Source: Bugula neritina
Lineage: Eukaryota > Animalia > Bryozoa
NCBI GenBank assembly: GCA_964035545.1
Contig: OZ037765.1
Span: 9,806,698-9,870,697 of the forward strand
Direction of reading: 5' to 3'
Length of the DNA stretch: 64,000 nucleotides
A program made the translations under genes and the position numbers. Numbering within the stretch: position 1 is the first letter of the stretch; each line of letters opens with the position of its first letter. The notes under the pieces are model-generated. The model was not told the origin of the DNA. It saw only the letters and a program-made list of their open reading frames with translations, and searched no databases. Below, one piece after another: positions 14,950 to 29,300 of this stretch.

Positions 14950-15700
14950 ACTGTTGTAGTAAGAAAAAAAAAGCTGAAAATCTTCAAAAAAGAGCAGAGC
15001 AAAATAGCTGAAGTCTTCTTTACAAGCTTGAGGAAGGTATATTTTTTAAAACTAAAAAAACTGAATGAGCTTTATAGGACCATAATAAGGCCAAGGTTGT
15101 GCAAGAAACGACAAATTTTAATGAGATCCTATATGACCATTTCAACCAACTTCTTAGCATACCAGAAGCACATCAAAATGAGAAAATGCCTGGCAGAGAT
15201 GGAACTGTATTTGAAAGATGGAAACATGCTAGTCAAAAATGACGGACACTGCCTGTATAAACTGATAATGATAATATTATATGTACATATGATAATAATA
15301 TATAACAAATAAAATTGGAGTGTCAGGTATATTGGACTGCTGGCTGCTGAACTGTGTACTATCAAGACAATAGACAGTTTACAACATATTTATATAGACT
15401 ATTATATGCATCTGAGATGTTAGCAAGATCCTTAATGCTGAGATATTGAAAAGGACTTGAGATGATTCCCCTCCGGGTTCATTTTATCTTAATTATTGTC
15501 AACTAAGGATGACTTGATTACGTAGAATACATACTGCTAGCCGGAGCAAAATGCATGCTTTGACGTCCAAGGCTAAGATACTGTCAAAAGAAATGAGAAG
15601 AAGCTGAAATTGAACAGAATGAGTAAGCAAAGATGACAGGAAATAAAGACTGCTAAAAATGCATGACTGGACCAGAATATTTTATTCAAAGCAGACCTTT
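14950..15700 (+). mobile_element. Highly decayed non-LTR retrotransposon (RTE-like) reverse transcriptase remnant
   Basis: Motif-like fragments occur in the expected order across frameshifts and stops: HFNQLL (cf. HFxxLLN), KMPGRDGTVFERWK (cf. KAPGxDGIxxExxK), RYIGLL (cf. YRxIxLL), DSLRVHFILII (cf. QGDxLSPxLF), LDYVEYILLA (cf. LDYADDIxLLA). Confidence 0.5.
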
Positions 15701-16877
15701 TGACTAAAGGACTAAAGATATGCTCCAACAAAATACTATTTAAAAAATTAAATGGTTGACGTGCCATTTTGACTTTGTCTTCAAATTTAAAAAGACAAGT
15801 TTTAATTAGTTTATTTTCAATGGTAGCACTATTTCCATCAGCCAAGACATCCATGGCTCAGTGGCCTACCTACAATATTTGGTCTACACAAGTTCACATC
15901 TTTGATAATACGATGCCATGTGATTACCAGCGCATTTATTCAATTATCTTATGGATTTCAACTAGTTGTGAGTTGATCTCTTGTAAAAATAAATTGGTGA
16001 AAAGTGGCCTAAACCTTTAAAGTTATGTTGAAAATCTTTACCAGCCACATTTTGCCAATTTCTTGGAAAAGATCTTTTTCTCAAATGTTTTTTCAACTTT
16101 CAACTTTCAACTTTTAAATATTATGATACTGCTATTTGAAAATAAGGTTATCATTGTTTATTGTTCAAGCGTTTTCTAGGTCATAGCGTTTTTTTATAAT
16201 ACTAATAATCTTTTTTTTATAACTGGCTTTTTACAGTAGATGAAATATAAAATTACCGCATATTAGCCAGACAAAATCTGGTAAGACTGCAACATTAAAT
16301 GGTTTAACATACGGTATTGTGGTTTAATGAATCTAATGCAAGTTCTATATTGCAGAATTCCTGCTAAAGAAAAACAAGAGTTTTCTCAAGCAGGTTTCTA
16401 TATAGATGGCAGCCATTAGACATTCTTCAAACTCGATTGTGGAGCAGCCTCAACAATTGAGAAAGACTCTCAACCACATTTTTTCTGAAATTGTTTACAA
16501 AAAGTATTTAATTACTAAAAATATGCTTCGGAATTGTTGTTGGAGGTGTCTATAAATATTTCAAGACGACTTCCAACGCGCAACGTACTACTAGAATTTT
16601 CTCACCTATCAAAAGACTCAGATTTGACACTAACTTCTACTTGGACCTAAAAACAGTCATAGATGTACAGCAGATGAAGGAAAACAACAAAAGTTATAAT
16701 TTGCCATATATTTGCTTTCTATATTAATCAATACTAATTTTTCATTGGTCATTATAAACATAACTGAAGCCTACCTAAACGTGTGTGAAGTAACTAATGA
16801 GGATTACTAATTGTACAAGCTACTATTGAAAATAACAGCAACTAGCTGTCAATATACAAATGTAAGATGGCGCTAAA

Positions 16878-17726
<849 letters not shown>

Positions 17727-18076
17727 TTCTCTTTTTAGGAAAACTAATAATTACAGGCATTGTGTAACAAACCATCATTAATAACAAGTCTTATGCAAGA
17801 ATGATAGGTGTCATTTTATGACAATTTGTATTACCAAATGGCTGTCCTGGGGTCACATTTACTATCAACAGTATTTACAGACTATAGCAGTGGCGCGATA
17901 TAATCACACAATCAAAATGCTATAACGCAGTTTTTACAAAATAAATAGAATCATGCTCATAAACACAATAGTTCTATTTATATTTCTATATGCATAGTTT
18001 CAAGTCAATCTTGCGTTGATTAATTATCCAATGTTAAACCAAGCACTAAACACTAAAGTGGTTATCATTTATTGAA

Positions 18077-18210
18077 GTAGGTAGGCTACAGTAGTGGAGA
18101 AATTGAGCCTGTGTTCTAGATTGCAAATTAATCTAAGGGAGTTGTGTTCTTCCAAGAACTTCAGCCGCACCCCAAACATTTTTGATTAAGAAAATTAAAG
18201 AACTTGGGCT
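18077..18210 (-). mobile_element. Reverse copy of the ~160-bp inverted-repeat family
   Basis: GTAGGTAGGCTACAGTAGTGGAGAAATTGAGCCTGTGTTCTAGATT...CACCCCAAAC is the reverse complement of the 31239-31407 and 41003-41140 copies. Confidence 0.6.
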
Positions 18211-18350
18211 ATTAAAATGTCTCTACTCTGCAGCTAAATGCATTCGTTTTCAACAAGATTCGTATTATTTTCTAAATCAAGTACCCTGATATACGGAAAC
18301 TCAACTCCTAATAGTCGGTTGGTTTCAATTTAGCGATAAACTATAAACAA

Positions 18351-18692
18351 GGGGCCATCCATAAATTATGTCACACTTTATTCAGCACTTTTTGACCCCC
18401 CCTCCCCCCCTTGTCACAAAGTGTCACGCTTATATGACCCCCTCCCCCCATGTGATGTCACACAGATTATGTAAACGCCCTTTTAAGATTAAATACTCCA
18501 TACAAAAAGTACTGATTGAATGGTTTATGTTCAGTATTAATACATATCTGAAATATTTTGTTTTGGTAAAATATTTGAAAATGTGACATCACACATATCT
18601 ACCCTCCCCCCCTCCCCCCTGTCACAAACTGTCACACATGAGGGTACCCCCTCCCCCCCCCCTTGAGCGTGACATAATTTATGGATGGCCCC
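18351..18692. mobile_element. PIF/Harbinger-type MITE, 342 bp
   Basis: 24-bp perfect TIR GGGGCCATCCATAAATTATGTCAC; 3-bp TSD CAA/CAA; internal repeated GTCACA motifs and C-tracts. Confidence 0.88.
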
Positions 18693-21600
18693 CAACTACA
18701 ATTTACAGCTGCGATTGCCTGTTTTAGCTTTTTACTCATCTGTGCTGTAAAAAAAATGAAGAAACACAGTTTAAAGAACTTGAAAAAAATGAAATTCACA
18801 GTGAGTTGAATAAAATATTATCAACAATGTTAAATAGATTAGTTTCATCTAATATCTGTGAGAGAGATGATGAGTATTAATAAATTAGTGCTTGGTCATG
18901 ACTCGTTGCTCATCTAATGGCTGTCTAATTAGTTCCCATTCCAGCATAATTATACAGCTACAATATGCTATTATTGTATATTACACTGCAATTCTTTATA
19001 CTTTATACTTTACCAGTGATGTTTTAGCTGATAACACCAGTCAAACATTTCTTCCATCAGTCTTTCCTATTGACAGGTGTTTCAGTTAGGTGATTATTGA
19101 TATATTATGATAATAATTAGTTTCCTTTAGACTTTAATTAGCAAATTTACTTATTCACTTGCACATAACATCATGATCACTGCATTCCTATGATGATTAG
19201 GTATGCACTTTGTACTGGTGATCATGGCTGTCAAAATTATAGCAAAAAATTCTGATACTGTAACTTTCGGATGAATTTTATTTCTCTACCAGGGTCAAAT
19301 GTGCTCATTCTAAAAGCCATCAATTTGGTAAAGCACTTTTAAGAAACAAAGCTATGTGGCTAATTTTTTATAACTACTTTAATGTCAAAACAAAAATAAA
19401 AATAAGGTTTTGAAAAATAAGGCAATTCAAGTGGTGGCAACAGCATATGGTGAAGTGAGCTAGGATGAGAGATAAAAGGCATTTAGGTGCTCTCTAACAA
19501 GCCCAATGTTCTTACAGAATATGAAATCAGCCATGTTGGTTTAACTAATTCCTCTTCCTCCCCCATCCTCCCAACAAAAAATACATAAGAAGTGCCGGAG
19601 ACAAGAATTTCAATAGGCCATAACAAAATCTAATAATCACAACAGACCATGTTATAGCCACGTGTTGAAACATACAGTATATTGCAACTTTTAATGTTAT
19701 GGTATATCTATATATAGATAGACTGTATACTGCAGTCAATAATACTTTTACTTTGCTCTGTAAGTGGGCTAGTAAACAGAAACAACATTCTCTCCTAGAC
19801 TGTAAAAAAATTTGGAAGCAAATTATGGTAATCTCTATATTGCAACATATTATGTTGTGTTTTTTTGGCAAATTTTGTAGTTTCAGAATATAAATGTCAA
19901 CAAGAGCCAACTTTCTGACAGTTATAATATAATAATCTGCATTGCACTCACAATGTTGCAGAATTTATTCAAATATTTGTAATTAAATGTGAGCAGGTTG
20001 CACATTTTCTACATAATGTCGGTTATGCTTGAAGCGCCAGAAATTATCTGTCAAAATGAAAACTACTCCAAACACAAGATCAAAAGTCTAAACTATACCT
20101 GAAAACCTGACTCACTAGTAGTACAAGTGATTTGTGTTTGCTAAACTTGGAATTTCTATGAACGCTTTACTTTATTTATTTCGACACACAGCAACCATTT
20201 GTCTAAAAATAACTTGAAATCGGTTAGCTATCAATAAAATATATTAATGTAGGTTGAGAGATGCCATAATGTCGGTTTATGGGCTCATCAACGACATAAA
20301 TTGCAAATTACGTAGTGTCTAATTTAAAAAATTTATAATTCAGTTACGTAGATTTTTCAACTTTTATTGACTGTAGCAGTTTAGAAGCAACACAGTTGCG
20401 CAATTGAGACCAGGAGTAAGAGTAAAAAATTCCAGTTTTTTGCCAAGATGCATCTTTCACAGCCTTCCTACATATTTTGTACGGCTTTCACAGGTAAAAA
20501 CTTCTGACTCTCATCATCTGAAATATATTTTGACAAGCATCTAATAACTAGATGCCAATTATTCACAAATTCATTGTTTCAACTGTCATTTATGTCCAAA
20601 TATTCATGCTGGGATATGTTTTTTATTGAATGATCATAAGTTTTTTTAGCATGACTTCTGTTAGCTACTCATATAAAGCTATTGACAGCAATTTTCAAGT
20701 TATACAAGGGAAGTTACTGACACACTTTGTGTTTTACTAGGAACTGCTAGCAGTACTAAAACGTGCCAGAAAAGGAAGTGTATTATACTAGGAACTTTTA
20801 GCAGTACTAGAACCCGCCAGGAAAGGTTGCTTATAAAACTTAAAATTGAAGGCACACACTAAGTAGAAGATTTATGTTTGCTCCTAGTAGAATTATTAAA
20901 AACCACAATTAGTATAGAAGGTGGAGTCAGTTTTAAAATATATCTTTATGTGAAAAAATTAATCCCCTAACGTGCGGTATAGTTAATTATAGAGTTAGTT
21001 CCAAGAGTTTTCTTTCCTTTTTTTATTGCTTTACAACTGTTCACATATTATGTTTAAGTTTTTTTTCTGGCTGTCCAAAGCTAGAGAGGCTGTTGACTTC
21101 CCTTTTGTCATGTTGACGGCAGCTCTAACCACGTTTTTGGCAACTTTAAGGACCTTAAATAAAATATTATAAAGTTTACCTCCAAGTTATGGGACTTGAA
21201 GAAATATGGTGTTGAATATCTAAAATGCAGGAGCAGTTGAACCAATCATTGTAATATCTGCATATCTGAAGAATACGTAGAGTTAATATAAATAAAATGT
21301 TATTGTGATAAGAGAATAGAATTGTTGAATTTATTCTTTATTTTAAGTTTGAGTAAAAGGCTACTGAATGTTGGTGTTTGGTCCAAGTTAATTTTAAACC
21401 AATTAGTATGCCATAATCTTGCCCCTCACCCACCATATGGCTGGTTAAACTAGACACACTGAGATTACACTAACCTACAATATTATGACTCAGTGAAATT
21501 TATAATGAGCAAAATGGGACTCAACAAGTCTATTCTTTCCAAAATGATATTCAAGATGTAGACTTTTGAATATCTAGCTAATGCGCAATGATTTAGCAGT

Positions 21601-24600
21601 CAGCAAGAAGTTTTTTCATATGAGTCAGCAGTCATATGATTACAACTATAGTCACTTTCAGTCAGCACGTTTCAACTAACAGAGAAGGAAATAAAAATTT
21701 CCTTCTAATAGTTAGTCATCTTAATATGAATAGCAATTCAAATGTATGCAAAAATTTGCTAAATGAGGAAAAATACTGGTTATGTTTAAATAGATAACAT
21801 CTTTTGTTGATCTGTTATTAATAGAAAATGATATGACTTTAGAAGCATTGATTTTGAGGCAGGTTTGTTATCATATGCCATGGAATATCAAAAAAATTTC
21901 CTGTTGCAGCATTTGCATTGTCAAGGAAGTTTTTAATATAATTTAGATGAGTTACATGGAATTTCATTTGTTGCGGAAAAATCACACAGCACTATTATCA
22001 CTTGTTTATGTTACGTAAAACTATGTCTGCTTTAAACTTCTAATAAAGTTCCTTCTGAGTGAGTGACCGATGCCACCAACTTGGCTGTTGTACATATCTA
22101 CAGAGTTAAAATATTTTGTATAATAACATTATGCATGTCTGTCATCTGTTTGGCACTCTGGAGGCCTGTTGTCTTTGCTATATTATTCTCATCACTGCTA
22201 GTAGATGATAAATAAGGTTTACAGTTGACTTTTTTTTCTAATTTTAATTCTATAACATTGTTGCAACATCTGCAAGTTCAATCACAAATCCTCAGTCACT
22301 TCCACGGATCTTTTCATCTGTTGACAATTATAAGCAAGTAATTAGTTTGCATGCATTATACTAAGTAAGACTTACATTGAAGCAATCTTTTGCATATACT
22401 TTTTATAATGTAGCTGGAGAGCATTTAGATAGTTTTAGCACAATGCCAAGGTATGATTTACAGCATATTGACAGAGTTTTGTCATTTTAATCTGACATTC
22501 TTTTTCCTATAATTGAAATGATTAAGTACTCTATATATGACAATTGCTATTAATTAATCAATATTTAGGCTATCAGATTCGTTTTAATAAAGATCAACTA
22601 GTCATATATACTTTTAAATTGAGATATATGGTCAGAAATAAATATATGGCTAATTGGATGGATTTCTGTTAGTTGTTTATTTCCATATATAACATTAATT
22701 GTTGTTGTGTCTGATGAAAATTCTGCATTCTTGTTGTGATTGCTTAAACTGCCACTTTGAAATGAATTAGATGCAGCTGTAGATATAATATAGTCACTAT
22801 TGCATAGTCGTATGCCTTCGTGTCTACTATACTGACAAAACTAAAAAGTATGTTATAAAGGTTTAAATTTCAAATTCAGCTAATAGCCAGATACAAATAT
22901 TCAAATGCTAGATTTTAAATTGAATTAATTTCTTTTACAAAAACATATTGTATATAGGCGTGCAAGAATATTATATTTAAATGCTAGTTTATTCATCAAA
23001 CTATACGAAAAATATTAATAGACACCTAGAATAATTAAAAGGTTATTATAGGTAAAATAATAGTAAACAGGATTATTCACAGAGGGTCTGTAATTTCTAC
23101 AATATACCATTTATTAACAAGATATTACAAAGCTAATTAATTTAGTCATCTAGAAGTATCAAATAATACTCGTACAAGAGTAGACAATAACTTGAAGGTT
23201 AGAGATTTGTTGTAGCTGTCACAGTACGTACAGTATGATGTAACTCTCATGTAAATTGGAAATTTTATATTGAGCTTTGTACACACATGACACGTCAGCT
23301 ATATTTAATAGAAGTCATCCTTTGCTTGCATTGAAATGGGGGAAATAACTCTAAATAAATGTTCTGAAACTAGCAACTACTAAATCTTTCAACAGTACTT
23401 TTGCTATATAAATAAAACAGAATATTTTCACTAGAGTTTTGTAACATGTAAAATAGATCATTTTGAAATTATTGTAAAAAATGTGGTAATAATAGCAGTG
23501 AATTTAAGTGGTCAATACTCTCTATAAAAGTTTTCATTTCTAAATACTTGTGAATTTTTTTTTAGTAACAGTTATTGTTACTGAGCATATTTGTTTTGTT
23601 TTATATTTTGTAAATTAAATATTGATATATCATCACTTTATTTTTAGTAGTCAAAAAGAGTACGGAATATATCAGAGGTGATATCATTATGGAGGTGGAT
23701 GGAATACAGATATAGCCAATACAACACAAACCCACGTTCCTTAGTATTTTCAAAATAAGCAAATGCAAATTAGGTATATATGCCAACATTATTCATAAAA
23801 AACTTTTAATGCCACTTTTCAAAAATCATCCCAAATAGCTATCATCTTGTTGCAACTTATTCATAAAGCCTACAAGTATGTAATGCAAAGATAAGATAAT
23901 TCCCACGACATTCACTTTTTCAGATCTTGATCCAGGAGTTAATGACATATATATGAGGCTATATGAAATTCCTAGACTGTAAGCAATTGGTGTTGTCAGT
24001 ACAGAGCGCAGACATAATATAGTAAACTTCTTATGTTCTTATCTTCGTATGGTAAGAGAACTTATAATTATTTAAACTCTAAATTAATTTAAACTAAGTT
24101 TAACATATTGTATTAATTACCATGTTTACCACAAAGCGGTTTCAGAATGACTAATATTTTTTTAAATAGCTGCGCATAATTAAATTTTCACTGCATATCT
24201 TTTCTATAGTTATAGAGATAAGTAATTGCTTATTTATTTTAGCAATATGTCTATTCCAATTAATATTGCTGCTGTAAATGACTCCTTGAAATGAAATTAC
24301 AACATAATTTAAATTAAATTAAATTATGGCGTCAAAAGACTTATAATATTCTTTAATAAATGTCTGACAGAATGCATATAAAACCTGGGTTAGGAAATCG
24401 TCTCTATATAATGATGGAAATGAAAAGTTTCACCATTATGTAATAATAAATCTCTTGCCTGCTGCTTGCTCCTTTGAACCCATTAGAAGTAATTATATAG
24501 TGTTATATCTTTATTAAAGTTATTTTAAAAATCACTTGACCTATTTCAAAATATATAACATATAGTTAATTCTTAAAGTAACATATGAGACTTATTGCTG

Positions 24601-25552
24601 CTATATCATATTTTAGGAGTTACCCTGCCTTAATTACCATAATATATCAATATTACATTGTAGGTTTATTCACCTTTACTCCACGTGTTTGCTTCTTAAT
24701 TATTTGTCATCTTCCTAGCTGTTACTTCAAAACAAAAACTATACATCAATATTATCCATAAAAGAATAATCAAAAATCTTGACATTTACAATAATTCTAG
24801 ATTACTCTAATATATTATCAACCACTTTTCCTTATATTTAAGCAATGTTACCAAATATTTCATTTCAATTTTTAGTGTTTTGATGGATTTAGGTTGCAGC
24901 TAGCATACTATTTAGAGCTCAACTATTTGGAGCAATACTCAAAATTATACACCTACGAAATTTTCTTGTATGTATCATAACTTTTTATCATAAATTTGGT
25001 AAAATTTTCAATTTAGTCTACTGCATTTAACACTTTTACTCTTCATTTAACAATTTAGTTGCTTAAAATTTTAATCCTCTGAAATAGCAACATATATTTT
25101 GCAATAGAAAATTCATTTCAGTTAATTTATATTTGGGATATGCCAACATAAATTCAAAACACTTTAATTATTTTTGTGCTTCTGCTAACAGACTAGCTTG
25201 CATCATTTATTGAAATGTTGTTTTTTAACGTTTCATTAGAATGTTTACTTAATGTTTTTAAAAAAACTTTTCTGAAATTTAAATTTGCTTTTCAAAAAAA
25301 TTGACTATAAACAACCTGACAACCACAATATATGCTTATATTAACAACTATTATTGATTTCAATTGTTGTTCATAACTGCATATTATTATATGATAATGT
25401 ATGTATACATTTTGTAGCATGATGCAAATTCCAAATCAACATTATAAAATTATATGTCTGAATGATGCATGCACTTTACAGGGGGAGGGGGAGGGTATAT
25501 TTGAAGTTCTTGTTAATATGTCGGTCTATGCAACACTGTTTGCCCTTTAATT

Positions 25553-25975
<423 letters not shown>

Positions 25976-26308
25976 GTCATGTAAATATACAACTCAATTT
26001 GTGTACAACAACTATCTCAGGTTTTGTCTCTTTGTCAGCATATTTAAAAGTTGTGTAAACTCAAGTCAAAGAACTCAAGTAACTATAAAAGCCACACATG
26101 TACTAAATTAGAGTAATTAAAAAACGAGACTGAATCTCAGCTGCATGTATAATAAGAGTTTGCTAAAATTTATTTAATTGTAAAATACATTACTTTTTAA
26201 TGTTGCATAAACTGCAAATAATTTTCAACATGTAATCATTGTGTATATAGAAGTATAAAACGCATCATTTATTACAGCCAATACCGATATTGCTATCCTT
26301 TTACTATT

Positions 26309-29300
26309 CTACAGATCTTGATCGGGAACATTAAATCGATTAGAGCTGGTACGAGCAATCAATTTTCCGCTACTTTGGTGTTGGCTTGCATCACCAAATA
26401 CATTAGTAAAAGATTTCTTAAGACGTTTTATATACTTTTCTAGACTTTGATTGCTACGGAAAGCCTCCTCTAGATGACGTTTTAACATTTCAACTTTTTC
26501 TTCCAAACTGCGTATTTTACATCTCAATTCATATTCAGCTTTTTGAGCTTTTTGTTGCTCATGATTTAGTTTGAGTTTTACTGCAGTCAGCTCGGATTCA
26601 TTAGAATGGAGTTTGCTACCATCTATTTTACTTTCTTCTATCCTTTCTCTTAGCAGCTCAATTTCTGTATCTTTAGCAGACATTTGAGTCGTCAGCATAT
26701 TGACTTGGTCATTATGCTGATCACTCTTTATTTTTAAACAGCTGTTTTCTATTTCATATTGTTTAGCATCTGAATACAATTTATCTACCTGTAAATTCAA
26801 CTGATTATTATTTTCTTGGTATTCATTACACTTTTGGTTTACCGAATCAAAACGTGATTTCAGGCAAGTATTTTCATTGCACATCTCCTGAAGCTTGTTT
26901 TCGTTGTCTGCTATTTTTTGCACCAATTCAGCGTTTCTATTTTGCATTTGTGTAAGTTGATTGGTCAATTCAGCTGTTTTGGCACCAAGCCCGTCAGAGC
27001 TACTCGAAGCGCTGAGAACATTTACAGGCTCGCACTTCATCTTTAGCTCACTTCCTGTGCCGCTACTCGCTTCTGCAGATTTTACGCAAGTTTCATACTG
27101 TGACTTGTACAATTCTCCCACTGAGTTGGCATGCTTTAGGTCCTGCTGAGCTATTGACAGCTTTTCTTCATCCAATTTCTTTTCATTTTGCAACATTTTC
27201 ACAGCAGACTTTAGTTTTGAATTTTCTTGTTGAAGTTGTTTGTATTGTATTATATTTTCATTCAACGAGGCGGAGAGTTTTTCTACATTGGCGTTCTGGC
27301 AAATAGAAGCCTGGTTATGTTGCTCAGTCTCATCTGCAATCTTATGTTTGAGCTTAAAATATTCAATCTCCAGCTGTGTGTAATTTTCTACAACTGTAGA
27401 TATTTGCTTTTGCTGCTGTTCTAGATCATTCTGCAGCTTTTTGACTTGTTTCTCACTGCTTTCTAACTTGTTAGCTGCACTACTTATTTGATCCGTGTAT
27501 TCTAGTCTACTCTTCTGGATCTCACTTTGCTTCCTCTGTACGTTTTCTCTAGCCTCTTGCAACTCTTCGCTAATAATCTCATTCATGTTGACTGCTTCAG
27601 ATATCTGGCAATTGAGATGATGAACCTTGTTGGTTTGTTCTCTTAGCTCCAGCTCATGACTGTTTTTAAGTTCATTTAGCTCACACTTGAATCGTTCTTG
27701 TAACTCAACCTTTTCAACCAGTAATTTTTGAATTTTCCCATGAAATAATTCTATTTCATTTAATAAAGGTTTTAAGTCTTGCTTCACTTTTTCTTGTAAG
27801 CAATTGTTTTCAGTTTCTAAGCCAATATTTTGTTTTTCTAATATTTTAAGTCTTGTGAAATACTCTTCAAGACGCTTTTGAAGCAATCCATTCTCTTCAT
27901 CAGCTTTTGCACGACATTTAGTTTTTATTTCTGCAATTTCTCGCTCTTTACTAATACTTATGTCAAGACTCTGACTCTTAAGCTTGCGTTGAAGCTGTGA
28001 GTGTTTTTCTTGTAGCTGTTCAAGATCTTTTTCTAGCTCTGCTATATAAGTTTCATGTGCTAATTTGGCTGCCTTGAGTTTTTCTGATTTAGCACGAGTT
28101 TGGCAAAGCATGTTGTTCAGCGTTGATATGTCGTTGTTTGCTTTAAACAGTTCAGCTTGAGTCGTCACTTGTTCAGATTCTAGCGAAGAAATTTTGTCAG
28201 TATTTGATCTATTTTCGGTGCTCAATTGGTTAATATTTTTTGTCAAACGATCTAACTGAGCTTGATGCTGTAGTTTCAAAGAAGCAAATACTTTTTGTTC
28301 TAACGAAGTTCTCGTGTGTTCAGATGTGGAGAAGCTCCGTTGCTTAAATCTTGACTCTATATTTGGACTTCTATTTACGGTAATGCAAGAATCTTCTTCT
28401 TTTTTAACTTGACTCGGACTTTTGTATAGCTTGCTACCATGTTCTAAAAATGCTAAGCTTTTATTGCTGTCCCACTTACATTCATCTAAATCATCTATAC
28501 CCACGTCTGCAAGCCTCTTTTCCATGCAGCTAATGGTATGTCTCTGAGCTGCATTGCGTCGTTGTAACTCCTTAACTTCATTTTCAAACTTCGTAGTAAC
28601 TCGATCTAACTCGGCTTTGATTTTCATATTTTCCACAGTTAAAATTTGATTACTACTTTCCTTCCTGGCTAACAACATTTTACTTATATTATCAGGACAT
28701 GTAGAGGCGTTCTCTGCTAGGCTATCATAACGACTGCTGATTACAGATTTATGTTTACTATTTTGTTCATCAAATCTGCTTTTTAAAAGCGTGTTTTCAC
28801 TGTTGAGTGCTTTTATTTGCTGCTCTAGAGTTATAATTTCACTTGTTTTTTCTGATAATGCAATTGAATGTTCTCTCTCTAAGTTTTCTTGCTGAGCAAC
28901 CAAAATAGCCTTACTACTTTCTTTTTTAGAGAGCAGTGCCTTCATTGATGGTATCATCTCAGATAAGGTTTTGCTTTTGTCGTGGGCATCTTTCGCTAGC
29001 TTGAGTTCTTCGTTTATGTCATTTAACTTCTGATTCAGCTCAGCATTTTCTTTAGCCATTTTCTGAATTTCAGATTTGGAAGTTTCGGAAATAGTTTCTA
29101 TTTCTGATTTTAGTTGGGCATTTATTTTAGTAAGTTCTAATGTTTCTTTCTCTTTTTCTAAAATTGTTGTGTTGCTTTCTTTATTAATATTTTGAGTTTT
29201 AGCTATCTGGCTTTGGTAATCGTTCATTAGCTGAGTTTGCACTTTTTGAAGGTTCTGAAGCTCATCTCTTAATGACAAATTTTTACAGTTTTTATCATCT

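Noticed and set aside
15691-15717. ADLLTKGL, a Ty1/copia RNase H-like motif
   Set aside because: An isolated short match within the decayed LINE-like region, with no LTRs or other copia motifs.
20735-20826. Two-copy ~41-bp direct repeat (similar 24-bp duplication at ~55503-55560)
   Set aside because: Simple local duplications with no coding or structural context.
26961-27424. Plus-strand ORFs inside the coiled-coil exon (and similar antisense ORFs at 51430, 53378, 59331, 62312)
   Set aside because: Antisense shadows of real minus-strand coding exons.
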